Notes under the pieces: generated by a model
The model's database searches: none
What the model saw: only the letters and a program-made list of their open reading frames with translations
What the model was told of the DNA's origin: nothing
Source of the DNA: the human T2T-CHM13v2.0 reference genome, Homo sapiens
DNA length: 64,000 bases
Assembly: GCF_009914755.1 (NCBI RefSeq)
Contig: NC_060925.1
Reading direction: 5' to 3' (one strand)
Position numbers and translations under genes: made by a program
Shown: in pieces, positions 44,064 to 59,041 of the stretch
Numbering within the stretch: the stretch's first letter is position 1
Layout of the letters: every line of letters begins with the position of its first letter

Positions 44064-46078
44064 TTGGACCCCTGCCTCATACCATACAGAAAAAATAATT
44101 CAAAGTAGATTATAGACCTAAATGTTAAGAGCTGAAACTATAAAAGTCTTAGAAGATAACATGGGAATAAATCTAGTGACTTTAGGTTGAGAAATGATTT
44201 CAATGTTTAACATTCTGAGGAATTCTTAGAACTTAACAATTAAAAGAAAAATAATAGAAATGGACACATAATTTGAATAGATATTTCCCCAAAGAAGATA
44301 TATGAATAGCCAATTAACACACGAAAATATATTTAACAGCATCATTAATCATCAGAGAAGTGAAAACCACAACAAGATACCACTTCTTACCCACTAGGAT
44401 GGCTATAACAAAAAAAGAGAGATAATAGTAAGTGTTCACACACGTGGAGAAATTGGAACCCTCACACACTGCTGATGGTGATCCAAAATGCTGGTGCTGC
44501 TGTGGAAAACATTCTGGCAGTTCCTCAGAATGTTAAACATTGAGTTACCAGAAGACCCAGCAATTTCACTCATAGATATGTATCCAAGAGAAATAAAAGC
44601 ATATTCACAGAAAAACTTATACCATTATTAATCATAGCAACAAGTCAAAACAACTCAAATGTCCACCGACTAATAAACAAAATGTAGTCTATCCATACAA
44701 TGAAATATTACTTGGCAATAAAAAGGAATGAGGCACTGATAACATGCCACAACGTGGATGAACTTCTAAACGTTATTCTAAGTGAAAGAGGCCAGTCACA
44801 AAAGACCATATATTATGTGATACCCTTTATATGAAATGCCCAGAATAGGGCAACCTATAGAGACAGAAAGCAGATTAATAATTGCCTAAGGCTGGAGGTG
44901 TGTGTGTCAGGTAGGGATGAGGGGTGACTGCTAATGAGTATTAGGTTTCTTTTTGGGGTGATGAAAATGCTCCAAAATTAGCTTATGGTGACAGTTTCAC
45001 AAGGCTGTAAAATACTAAAAGCATTGAAGTACACTTCAAAGAAGTGACGTTTATGGTGTATAAATTATAGCTCAAAAATATGTTTAAAATAAGATAATTG
45101 ATTGTCTAAAACATAAGTAATAACATTATATAGAAGCAAAGTGTGTGACAACAATGATACAAAGGAAAGCAGAGGGAAGTGGAAGTATATTGTTGAAAGA
45201 TTCTTACATTTTTGGTGAAGTGCTCTAATATTTGTTGAAGGTAGAATACTATGATTGAAGATATATATTGCAAATCCTAGAGCAAACTACTAAAAATGAA
45301 GAGATATAGGAATAAGCCAATAGTGGATATAAAATGAAAGACTCAAAAATATTCAAATTAATGAAGTCAGGAAAGAGGAATATGAAACAGGACAAGTAGA
45401 AAACAGTGTTAGATGGTAGAGATAAACCCAGCCATATACATAATTGCATCAACTGTAAATGGCTTAAGCATTCCAATTAAAAGCTAGAGAGTATCAGACT
45501 GGACAAAAAAACCATAATACTCAATGACATGCTTTCTACAAGAAACACTTTAATAATAAAGGCACAAATGGGTTAGAAGTAAAAAGATGGGAAAAAATAG
45601 AGTGTGCAAATACTAACCATAAGAAAACTAAAGTGAATATATGATCAAGCAGAGTAGACTTCAGGACAAGAACTATTACTCAAGATAAAGAGAGATATTT
45701 TATAACGATAAGAGGGTCAGTCCGTTAGGAAAACATGACCGTCCTGTCTATGCACCTAATTACACAGCTTCAAAATACATGCCAAAGTGACAGAATTGAA
45801 AGGAAGAATGGATAAATTTCACAATTGTAGTGGGAGATTCCTTTCTCAGTGATGCATAGGAGACAGGAAATCAGTAAGGACATTGAAAACTTGGATAACA
45901 CTATCAAACAACTCGATCTAATTGACATTTTTGAAATAAATACCCAACAGTGGCAGAATATACATTCTTTTCTTACACATAGAACATTTATTAATATAAA
46001 CTATATATTGTGTCATAAAACAAATCTCATTACATTTAAAAAGATTACTGCTTCTCTGACAGTAACTGAATTAATTTA

Positions 46079-46570
<492 letters not shown>

Positions 46571-47605
46571 TTAGAAGGAAATTTATAGTTTGAAGTGCTT
46601 ACACTATATTTACATTAAAATCAGTAAATGTAATTGATATTAACAAAGGTTTAAAATGTGACCTAAACTTTTACATGTAGAAGCTAGAGAAAGAAGAACC
46701 AATTAAAACCAAAATAAGTAAGGAAAAAGGTAATATTAAAATAAGAATAAAATAAATGAAATAGTAAGTAGACAAACAATAGAAAACATTAATAAAACAA
46801 AAAGCTATCTCTCTTCAAAGATCAATAAGTTGAAAAATTATAGCTAGCTTGATTAAGAAACAGAGAAATATACAAATTATTAATATGAGTAAAAAGGATG
46901 CATCACTACAGATGCTATACACATTAAAGGTAACCTAAGAGGTGTCAGAAAAGGATATCATGAAAATTTTATGGAAATAAATTTGGCAACTTCAATGAAA
47001 TGGACAAATTTCTTAAAAGATAAAAATTCTTAAAACTGACACAAAATGGAAAATCTGAGTAGCTCTATATTTATTAAATTAAGTTTGTAATTTAAAATCT
47101 TTCCCCAAAAAGAAACCTCCTTCATGGTGAATTTGATTTAAAAAAATTTAAGGCAAGAATAATGTTAGGCTTACCAAACATTTTCAGAAAATATAGGATG
47201 ATAGAACACTTGTCAGGTCATTTTATGACACCAGGATATCTGATACCAAAACCAGGTAAAGACGTTACAAGAAAACTACAGACCAATATCTCTCATGAAC
47301 ATAGATGTAAAAATCCATAACAAGATATTAGCAAATGGAATGCAGCTATAAGTAAAAAGGATAATACACCACGATTAATTATGTTGATTGAAGGTGTGCA
47401 AAGTTGGTTTAACATGTGCTAATCAATGTAATTAATTGTATTAACAGAACAAAGAATATTGACCATATAATCATCTCAACAGATGAAGAAAAAGATATAA
47501 TTCCATACCCATTCATGATTAAAAAAAAAAAACCTTTCAGCAAACTAGATATAGGAGAGAATTTCCTCAATCCAATAAAGGAAATCTACAGAAAGCCTAC
47601 ACCTG

Positions 47606-47610
<5 letters not shown>

Positions 47611-47693
<83 letters not shown>

Positions 47694-47980
47694 CTTTTTG
47701 AGACAGAATCTTGCTCTGTCACCCAGGCTGGAGTGCAATGGTGTGACGTCGCCTCACTGCAACCTCCGCCTCCTGGGTTCAAGCAATTCTCCTGCCTCTA
47801 GCCTCTTGAGTAGCTGTGACTACAGGCGCCCGCCACCATGCCTGGCTAATTTTTGTATTTTTAGTAGAGGAAGGATTTCACCATGTTAGCCAGGATGGTC
47901 TCAATCTCCTGACCTCGTGATCCGCTTGCCTCGGCCTCCCAAAGTGCTGGGATTACAGGTGTGAGTCACCGTGCCCAGGC
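47611..47980 (-). mobile_element. Alu (AluSc-like) with long T and (TA)n tail
   Basis: GTTAGCCAGGATGGTCTC diagnostic. TSD ACCTGATCATAT at 47601 and 47981. Confidence 0.95.
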
Positions 47981-48827
47981 ACCTGATCATATTTAATAGC
48001 ATATTCTTGTACTTCCTCCTAAGACTGGGAAATCATCAATGTGTCCACTTTCACTGCTTCTATTCAATATTCTACCGGAGGTCCTAGGAAGTTGAATAAG
48101 GCCAGGAAAAGAAATAAAAGGCATACAGATGGAAAAGAAAGGAGTGAAATTCTTTTTATTTGCAGACAACATGATCATGTGCATAGAAAGTGTTAAAGAA
48201 TCTAATAAAAATTACTGGAACTAGTAGATGAATTTAGGAAGGCCAAAGGAACAAGGCCAATATTTTTTTGAAGTATATTTTCACATATTAGCAATGAACA
48301 ATTGGAAAACAAAGATAAAGAAAAATACAGTGTAAAATAACATAAAATATTCCTTGAAATATTTTAGGATCAAATTAACAAAATATGTAAGACCTGTACC
48401 CTTAAAACTATAACACATTGCTGACAGAAATTAAAGAAGACTTAAATAAATGGAGTGATATACCATGTTCATGGATTGGAAGACTCAGTGTTGTTAAGAT
48501 GGCAGTTCTCTCCAAGTTGATCTATAGCTTCAATGCTATCCCTGTCAAAATCTCATCAGACTTTTTTGTAGAAACTGGCAAGCTATTTTTAAAATTTACA
48601 TATAGCATAAGAATGACCAAGAATAGCTAAAAGGATTTATAAAAATCAAAGTAAAGTTAAAAGAATTGCCCTACTTAATTTCAATACTTAATCTAAAGCT
48701 ACAGTAATCAAGATGATGTGATACTGGTATCATTGAGTTGATATTCCAAAGAGGTAGATTTCAGGGTTCAGTTTCTGAACTTTCTGAGGAGCCAAACTAG
48801 AGAACTAAATTAATCTTTCCAAGCAAT

Positions 48828-48828
<1 letters not shown>

Positions 48829-48880
<52 letters not shown>

Positions 48881-48904
48881 CTCATTCTCATTCTCATTCT
48901 CATT
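48829..48904. repeat. (GT)20, short (AG)n and (CTCATT)4
   Basis: Seen directly. Confidence 0.9.
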
Positions 48905-50089
48905 TTTGAATTACCTTACAGATAAACTGAGTTTCCCAAGAAGGCCCTCCATGGCAGACTATATATCATCTCCTCTCTATCTCCCCCTTCTCAGAATAAA
49001 AGCAGTTTTTTCTTCTTTATGGTTTGAAAATGAATTTATATTTATTGTAGAAGACTTCAGATAGTAGATAAAGACAAGGAAGACGTTGATATAATGGCCT
49101 ATGATGTCCATCTTTCTGAATGCTTTTCACATACACACACATACACACACTTTTTTTTTTTTACTAAAATAAGGGGTTATATCATATATGCTATTTTGTA
49201 TTTTTTTACTTGACTCCATGTTAAGTGATTTACATATTTTTAAATGACTCTGTGTGATATCATATACTTAACCTGTTCACTGACATTAGACATTGAGACT
49301 ATTACTACTATTTGCCATTAGAAATCACACCGTGAGAAAGATCCTTGTATCTTTATTTATAGTAAGCCCTCAACAAATATTTATTTGAGGAGTTACTAGG
49401 TACCAGGCTTTTCATACCTGAACAATTGTTTTCTGGAGAATATTCCTAGAAATGAAATAGTAGTGCTGGGTTAAACGATATAACTGCCTAAAAATTAGCT
49501 CCATATGGCTACATCATCCTTCAGAAAGGCTGTGTTAATTTACAACTGCTCTAGGGATGTTTGAGAAGTCCTGCTGATTAACAAACATGCCCCACCCCAC
49601 AGGACTTGGCGCAGGGTGGGGGCCACACCTGGTGCCTAGTGTTATTGACTTAGTGATGGGTGAAACCTTTTGTTCAGCAAAAGTCATTTGTACCACATCA
49701 CCATGGGGATGTGTGTAAAGCATTCATCTAGCTCATGGAGGGGAACTGTACAGCTCACTCTAGTGTCTTCTCAGAGTTCTGTAGTAAGTTTTCCAACTTG
49801 CCATTCTGCCATTTATTACCTACAACAATAAAAAAATGGAAGCTACCCTTTACTACAATAAGTGCTTTTCAGGCATTATCTGAATTTTACAACAACTCTG
49901 CAATGTTTCATCGATGAGAAACTGAGGCTCAGAAAGTTTAAATAATTTCCAAGGTCACTTAGCTCGTCACAGATCCGTGGATCAAATGCCAGGGTCCAGC
50001 TCTTTCTCTAAGTCCAATCCTGGATTTTTGACTGGAACTTGTCAGTCTTCGTTTTCTAATCATCCTGATTCTGGGGTTCATTTACTCTA

Positions 50090-50620
50090 GAAATATTTAT
50101 TGAGCACCTTCCACAGGCCAGGAAGGGGAGTAGTGGAGAGCTGCGTTGACAAGGTCTTGGCCCTCACGTAGCTTCCAGTCCGGTAGAGGAGATACAATTT
50201 AATCATCCAATTGTATGAAAAAACTGTGATTACTGCCATAGAGGAAAAGTGCAGGAACTCTAAGGTCTGAGAGCAGGAGGATATGATCTAATCTGGGGAT
50301 CAGAGAGAGAAGCTCTGAAGAAGTGATGTTTCACTGAGGTTGCCAGTTAATGGGGCTGGGGAGGGCCATGAGGAGAAGGGGAAGGCATTTGGTGGGGGAA
50401 AGGGATATGCAAAGGCCCTGGGGGCCTGAGGAAGTGTGTGCTGGAGGAAATGAAGGGTGGGCAGTTCAGGTACTTAGAGCGCAGAGCCTGAGGGGGCTGG
50501 TGAGCAGGTGGGCACTGAACCCCGCAGTGCACCTATGTGAAAGTGTTTGGAATGTAACCTGAGAACGATGGGGCCCATGAAAGCTTGTAAGCAGGGCAGT
50601 GTCATCCTCTGATTATTGTA
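50090..50620 (-). mobile_element. L2 fragment
   Basis: AAATATTTATTGAGCACCT...GCCAGG...GCCCTCACGTAGCTTCCAGTC...GCAAAGGCCCTG. Confidence 0.65.
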
Positions 50621-53174
50621 AAAACATTGCCCACGCTTCTGCCAGGCACATCCACTGGGGTGGGAGGCAGATTCACATGGGAGGGATGACTTATTGGTTA
50701 AAATAGGTGGTCCCAGTTCTGTTTCTCTTCTCCTTATTTTTCTTTTCTGGTGAGTTTCTTCTCCCTGTGCTAACATTCTGGGCCTCAGGCTTAAGTAAGA
50801 GGCAGATGGCCCGGGTCTTGGAGCAGGGAAGCCAGGGGACCGGCAGCCCCAAAAGCTGTCAATGTCATAAGTCATCCTTGCAGAGCCGCAGCCACCTTCT
50901 CGGCAGAATGTCAAGCAGCTCGGTACGGGGAGCAGCTGCTCTGCATGGCTCTGAGCATTGTCAGAACACCATAAACAAAATGGTCAGGTTTCTGCAGAGA
51001 TAACCTCCTGGCCTCCGACCCCATGCGGCACCGTGCCGAGGGCCAAGCTCTCTCTTCGGCATCTGTTTTTGGTACTTCCAAAGCCCACAGTGTGGGGCTT
51101 TGGGACGTTTTCAGCCTGAATGCTAAAATGCCTGGAATCAAGGCAAGAGGAGGACTTTGAGAGTTGGCTTCCCTGTGTCTGTTCCCTGGAATGAGAAGAA
51201 GCCTGAGCTACAGCCTCAGGTTACTGCTGGTGGTCCCTCTAGACCAGAAAAAAAGAACTTGCCAAGAGAGACCCTTAGTATCCAGAGTCCCCTCCTCTCC
51301 TGAGGTTGGAAGGGAGAGCAGGAAGAGGGAGTGGCCTCTATGCCAGCCAGGTCCAGAGCGGGAGGGAGTGAATTGCACCAGGGAAGGAGCCTGCTCGTTG
51401 CTGGTAGAACTTGCAGCATCCAGACAGACCTCTCAGCCCTCTTTGGATGCCTTTATCCTTGCAAATGTCAGAGATGCTGGCTTTGCAAAAACCAAAAACC
51501 AAAACCCAGTAACCAGTCTTCCCAGCCTGATGTGTGTCTGTGCCCTTTGCCCACCTGGGCACTGAGGCACCAAGGCACCTGGCCTCACACTCATTTCCTT
51601 TGCCCCATCTGGCTCGCCAGTCAGCGAGAAGCCCTCTGGTTTTCTGAATTGCGCCCACCAGGGAAGGAACACTGAAGATTTCATCTAGTCAGCTTTCCCT
51701 TGGCTCATTTGAGGAAGTGCTAGAATGCTTCCCAAGCTCCCTGCTTATAGGGTAAGACCCTCCTGTCCCAAGTATGACATCCCTGGGGTTAGTAAAAGTC
51801 TATGACCTTAAGAAGAGGTTTCTGCAGAAGCAGCTTGGCTCTGGCTGTGCACTGCTGAGTGTAATGGTGGCAGGATGCTAAGGGTGGGCCCAGGGTGCCA
51901 CGTGGATGTCAGAAAGAGCAACCAAGGGCAAGCCCTTCTTGGAGAGGCAGCATTATAATTGCCATGTGGCACCGGTTTGCAGTCACTGTTCAGGTAATTG
52001 CTTTGTAATTGACTGCATCACCTTCTTCCTGTTTAATAAATAGCACAAATGAAACCAACCCGCCAGTGGTGGGATTGTAATTCAAATTCCATTGACTATA
52101 GTTGCGCATTTTTCATTTAGCATGTAAAGGCAGTTTCTATGTAAATTATTTCAAAAGGTTCTCCATGGACTAATGACATTAGCGTCTGGAAGGATAGGAA
52201 TTGTCATAGTAATTGATAGGACAATGGCGTGGTGCATCATGGAGAAAGAAATTGGCGCTGTAACTTGTACACTTTTTAAAAATAAAGCCAAATTAGGAGA
52301 GAACTGCTGAAAAACAAAAACACATATTTCATAAACAAGAATCCAAAATGTGACACATTTGTTTTGACTTAAAGAGCCAAATTATTTACAAACACAGAAT
52401 TAATTATTCCATTGATGAACTTTCTGCAGAAAAATTATGAGCACTGGCAAATATGGACATATTCTCTTTTTATTCACCCAACCAGCCACTTTACCTAAAC
52501 AAAGGGTACCTCTATGTCTAGTTCCCCTACTGGCAGCAGAAATTATATTAAAGACATTCGTTCAGTTTGAAAAACACAGACTTGTAACTTTTTTTCTTTA
52601 TAACTGGCAGAATATTAATTCTGCAAACCAATTCAAGAATCTCTTTGAAATGTGGCCTTTTGGGTTTCAAGGTTGTAGGTATATATTTAATAAATTGAGT
52701 TGCTTTACAGTTAATATGTCAAAGGCCTGGTCTGCCACATGGAGAAAATAAAAGTTGTAGAAACAAGAGTAAAACCTTATTACCAGGTAGGTAGATGTCC
52801 TGAAAAATTGGATTTCATCCCCTTGAATTTGAATCTCTTGTAAATTAAATATTCAGGGAAAGAGAAGTCAAAGCAGCAAAGTAGGAAAACAATCAAAACT
52901 TGAAAACGAGCATGTTCTTAAATGAAAGAATTAATCATGCTAAATTAGAAAAAGTATTAAAATAGTTTTAGATTAATGCAGACTGTGAGTATCAATATAA
53001 TTGCAGCAGCTTAATTTGGCATAAAAAGCATCTAATGAAATATTTTAATATCACTGTCCATTCAATTTACCAGCTTGAATTTCACGGGGTATTAAGTGGT
53101 TTTTAAATTATCATTGCAAAATTTTCCAAATCCATGTGGATTTTTTTTGTTGTTGTTTATGGAAGGGGAAAGAA

Positions 53175-53176
<2 letters not shown>

Positions 53177-53212
<36 letters not shown>
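53177..53212. repeat. (TG)18 microsatellite
   Basis: Seen directly. Confidence 0.95.
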
Positions 53213-53216
<4 letters not shown>

Positions 53217-55350
53217 ATTAATGAGTCTAAATCCAAATTTCTACTTTGTGGAACGGGTAGAAACCAACCCCCTGTTCTTTCCCATTGTGCCAGAAATCCA
53301 TGTTCCTCCGCTTCTTGGACCTCGGCCACCCAGGGCCAGGGCTTTCTGTGTCATCCTGAAGAATGCACAGCTGCTCCCAAGGAGAGTCAAAGAGCAGAGA
53401 GGAGCCTTAGCAGCTATTTAGTTCAGCCCTTTATTTTGCAATGAGGGAGATGATCACTCCACCTTCTTATAGAAAGAGAGCTTTAGGGAGCCTCATTTCT
53501 TCTGGATTTTCTGACTCATAGACTATATTAAAAATACCTCAGTACACTAGAGAGGAACTCCAAATGGCAATTGTCGAAGCACGCTTGCCCAGGGATCCTG
53601 CAGGCCCAACCACCTGTGTCGCCTGACATGGCATTTTTCTGGTTTTCCAGTAGCTCCAAGACTGGGTTCTTCCATGCACCCCATCTGCTCTTGCCCCTCT
53701 GCCCAAGTCCAGCCTTCTCTCTCCTCCAAAAGTCTCTTTCTCATTGCCTGTAGCTCTCACCTCTCTGATAACTGCCCCCAGATCTGGAAGAGCAGAATCA
53801 CCAGGCCAGCAGGGACCAGCGACTGCCAGTTTACTCAACTGGACGGGTGGTTTCTATTCTTCATCTCAGCTGAATTTCTGGGTAGCATTTGATGACAGTT
53901 CATTTCAGCCTCTTTCCTGAAACTCCTTTTCTAGGCTTCCTTGACCTAGAAATCTGAGTCTTGGTGACCTCTCTGGCCACTCCTTCTGGATCTAAAGCTC
54001 TAGAAGGACTCCACGTGAAGGCTGAGTAAAGAAGGATATGCCAGAAAGGAGAGTTGGGGCTGCCCTCCCTCAGGGAGCCTGCAGTGAGGGAGGGAAATAG
54101 ATTGGGCAGGGGGTGGCAGTGGGATAGAGGTGACTGTATTTACACAACACTGGGGGACAGAGGGATATGGGTTTGTTGCCTATGGCCATCAGGAACAATG
54201 ATAGTTTTCAAACAGGAAAGCTGCAGTCCTAACACCCTTGTGTCTCGTGACATAGCCTTTTTCTGGTTTTCCAGTAGCACCAAGACAGGGAGCTCCAAGA
54301 CAAGGACAATATGACAAAATGTCCGCAAGATTCATGTAGGATGATGCTCATTACAGCAGTATTGATAATAGTGGGAATTTGGAACAACCTAACTCTTCAA
54401 TGATAAGGAACAAGTTAAATAAATCATGGTACTCTGCAAACATTTGTTGAATAAATAATTATATAAAAGAGCATAAAGAAGAGTAAATACGAAAAAAAAT
54501 CTCTAACCTCACCGCTGCAGGCAAGGATTTTGTGTATTCTCACCCTTCTCCAACCTCCACCAAGATGCACTTTACACACTGCCACCCCAACTACAGGAGA
54601 CACCCCACCTGTGCTTTTCCACATAATATTATGTTGTGCATGGTTTCTCATGTCCTTGCATATGCTTTGTGATCCCATCTTTGAATGGATGTATATTGTT
54701 CTGTGGTCAGCCCTCCTCAAGTTTTGGGCAAAACTGTCTTCCTTTCCCGCTCTCTACTTTCTCCGAGGTTCCAGCTCATCCATACCTACAGCTCCAGTGG
54801 TACTTGCACACAGGTGACTCACACTGCTCTATTTCTGTCCCAGTCCTCTTCTCTGGGCTCCAGATAGGAGAGTCAACCACCCATCCCATGGTGGATGTCA
54901 AATGTTCACTACTTGACGTCTCCCCTTAGACTCTTTGGACTCCCCTAAGTCCAAACCCCAAGTCATGATCTTCATCTTCAAATATCTTCATTTCATGAAA
55001 GGAAGCACCATTCATTCAGTTGTGCAAGTCATAAGGCTGGTAGTATTTCCTGATACCTTCTTAGCCCTCTATCACCCCCTTGTCCAAATAAACTCCATTC
55101 CCTTTTCCTCTGGGAGCTGTAAAATCCAACCTTTTCCTCTATCCATCTCCTTGGTCATCATAGCAGCCCAAGCTACCACCACCAGGACATCATCTTTCTA
55201 CATGGACTGCTTGCCCCAGCCTGTTCTCCATGCTGCAGCTGAGGGGTCTTTCCACAGTGCAGACCCCATCAGTCCCTGCTCCGTTCTTAGGGTGAGATTT
55301 GTGGCTCTCTGGTTAGGAACTAGGCATCTGGAGCCACTTATCCAAGTTGA

Positions 55351-55961
<611 letters not shown>

Positions 55962-58129
55962 CTAACTGCAGAGTAAGTCCTTCATGCGACGTTTGCTGTG
56001 GCTCCTGGCATTCCAGCCTCTCCTGGGCCGTGGGCTTCTTCCTTCCCTGTGCTTAACTGGATCTGCAGTTCTTGTGCTCGCCACATGCCCACCCACCACA
56101 AGGCCTTTGCACGTGTTCTGCTCCTGCCTGGAACACTTTCCTCGCTTTACCTCCTTCTTGCACTCTTCAGGTCGTAACTCAACAACTTCCTGACCTCACT
56201 GATGGGGCCACTTCTCCCTGGTGGGGCCACTTCTCCCTGGTGTCTGGTACTCCTTCCTAGAGAATCCACAGAACTCGTGCAAGGAAGGATAGCCCAGTGG
56301 AGGGAGCCCTCCGCTTTCCAGCTCCATATGTGGGGACAAGACACAACTCAAGCAGCCCTCTGGGAAACCCATTGGTTTCCAAGACCCTCCCACAGGGTGC
56401 TTGGTGGCCTCTGGTGGCTGGCCCTCCAAGGCTCCTTTTGGTCCGGCGGCCCCAGTGGCCATGCGTCCTAGAGAGAGATGTTCAGCCTGATGGGAGAGAG
56501 GGATCCAAGGATAGATTGTTTACAGGCAGCTCACTTCCATGCACCCCTGCCCCTATCACCACTGATGATGAGAAAATGAGTCAGTGAGAGCCCATTTCCT
56601 GTTCTTTGTTTTCTTTTAATTTGAGAGAAGATGGAGAGAATCCTTGTCAGGTAATTACACCCCAGACTGGAAGGTATTGGAGCAGCTTTCCAGCCAAGTC
56701 TGGGACTCGCACTGCATTTCATGGTGGGTGGCGCTGATGCACCTTCGGGAAGTTCTGCGACGTGCAAGCTGACCCTGGCCATGGGGCTGCCTCTATGGGA
56801 ACATTGTAGCCCATGGCACTATTCACTTGGGCCTACGGATGATCAGTGGTTCTCGCCAAACTATCTGAAGGGAGTTCCCAGTGCCTCGCCTGTCTCATGG
56901 CAGCTCCTCTGAACAGATGCTCAAAAGCTGCCTTTTTTTCTTTCTGAAATACAGACCACAGATTCTATGGTCTTTAAAGAGCTGAGCTATTTTAAAGATG
57001 TTGGTACAACAGAACCCTCTAACCTAAACATCACATAAGGGGAACTCGGCGCACAGGTGAACCAGCTCCAAGATCTAGCCTATCTCTTTATTCTAAACCA
57101 GAGATTCACATGGGCCTGCTTTTGGGGTGAAAGTAGGGCCCCTGAGCCCATAACGACACCTGTGTACCTGGCAGCCACTATGATTAGGTGTCACCTGTTT
57201 GGAGCCCCACTGATGGCTGAAATCCCCACCTCAAAAACTAGAACCAACAGGAGGCTCATGATAGGGGTGACCATGTACATTTCTAAATCTGCTACAAATT
57301 CCCAGGCCACATGTGTCCTCTTTTCACAGTGTAGAGGCCAGGAAAGAGACCTGCCCGCTAGCATGCTTTCTCTAAATCAGCTGTTTCAGATGTACCCACC
57401 ACCGGGCCAATGGAGCCTGCTGTGTGCCAAGCACCATGCCAGATTCTGAAGACTCAGGGACCAGCGCCACATGGTCTCTGTTCTTGAGGTGTGCACAGCC
57501 TGCGTGCTGAGGGGATGAGTGAGCCTGCTGGTGGGGGGCAGAGAGGAAAGACCTCACAGGGAGATTGGCATGTGATTGGGCCCTGAAGGGTGAGGAGGAG
57601 CAGGTCAGGCAGAGATGGGCATCTGGTGGAGTTGATGGCACAGGTGGAGGGGCGGAGGCGCCAGGGTGTGCCACGTGCTTTTAGAGCTGCCCCAGCAACG
57701 ATTCTTGATTTGAGGTCTATGGGTGGTCCTGGAAGATCGTCATGGGGGTCTTCAGCTATTGGTGGCATTTTGAAGGTCCAAACAGAGATCTTCCATGACA
57801 GGTGCATCTGTGGCCGTGGCATCCAATCTCTTCTCTTTGGGCTGGAATCATGAACGTTCAGGGTCGTCACCCTCACCCTGCTGTCATCCTCTGAGGCTGG
57901 GGAGATGTACCTGTGGCTGACGTTAATGCACAGAATCATTGTAGTATCAATGCAGGATTTTGGCAGCAATGCGTTTCTATAAGAAGTGGAGATATTTGGA
58001 GCTGCTGGGCTAGAGTACAGGTGTCGTATCTCAGAGCATGTTAGGCTAAGATTGTAAAGGGTCTTAAATGACCCCAAATATCCCTGCCTAACAGTCAACA
58101 AGTTAGAGATTTGGGGAGCTATTGAGGCT

Positions 58130-58320
58130 GAGTGGAAAGAGTGAAAATCCCAGCTCTACACTTCTGAGTAGTAAGATATCAGGCAAGTTATTTAACTTTC
58201 CTAAGCCTCAGTTTCCTCCTCTGAAAATGAGGACAGAGGTGCTCTGAGGACTCCAGATTGTTATGGAGAGTTTAGCTCAGTGCCTTCCATCGACTTGACA
58301 CTCAGTAAACAGAAGCTGGA
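58130..58320 (+). mobile_element. MIR fragment
   Basis: AATCCCAGCTCTAC...GGCAAGTTATTTAACTTTCCTAAGCCTCAGTTTCCTC. Confidence 0.7.
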
Positions 58321-58845
58321 GCTACTCTTACCTCTATCACTGTAAGTGTCAAAATTGTGATGGTCACTCTGAGACTTACTCCATCAGTAAGTAAATTAAC
58401 TCATCTGATTTGATCTAGCAGAGATCAGCTGCCTGGAGCAACTGCAACTTTTTTTGGAAGATCAGAGAATGAGGAAAAGCTAAGTTATTTTTATCAGGAA
58501 ACACTCGGCAAGGAGAACAGGCTTGGGGTAGAGAGAGAGGTGCTACCGAGAGGGATTTCAGCAGGCGGGGCAGTGTGACCTCAGTGAGCAGCCAGGGGGA
58601 GACAGGGCCCAAGGGCGCCCCTGTGTTCTGCAGAATGCATGGCAGTGTGATTCAGGGAGAATATGGCCATCATTGTGAATTTGTTTTAGGTCTCAAATCG
58701 GATGTCATCTCCCTGTGATGGTGTGGACATGGGGCGATAGTCATCTGAGAGGGAAGACCTCTGAGCATCACATTCTCATGAGATTTGTAACTGCTCTTGG
58801 GACTGAGTTGAGCTATTCTAACCAAGTTCCTCTACCTTTCTCCCT

Positions 58846-59041
58846 TTCCTTCTTCTCCTTCATCATCATCACCACTGATATTTTTACACGTTGTATTGGT
58901 CAGGCTAGGTTAGGCCATGTGCTGGTAATAAACAAGCCCTTTCCTTCTTCTTCTTCTTCTTCATCATCATCACCACTGATATTTTTACATGTTGTATTGG
59001 TCAGGCTAGGTTAGGCCACGTGCTGGTAATAAACAAGCCCT
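58846..59041. repeat. Near-perfect tandem duplication (95 bp + 101 bp)
   Basis: Two copies of TTCCTTCTTC...CATCATCATCACCACTGATATTTTTAC...AATAAACAAGCCCT. Confidence 0.95.

Larger units (their letters stand above)
42212..45090 (+). mobile_element. Nested L1MB-like 3' portion
   Basis: ORF2 remnant (VIKSVRYWHKNRRINQWNKIESP) plus an L1MB-type 3' UTR. Flanked by AATATAATTG / AAGATAATTG. Confidence 0.75.

Noticed and set aside
57454-58101. 215-aa minus-strand ORF
   Set aside because: Non-ATG start, no recognisable domain, no poly-A or TSD to suggest a retrogene; compatible with chance
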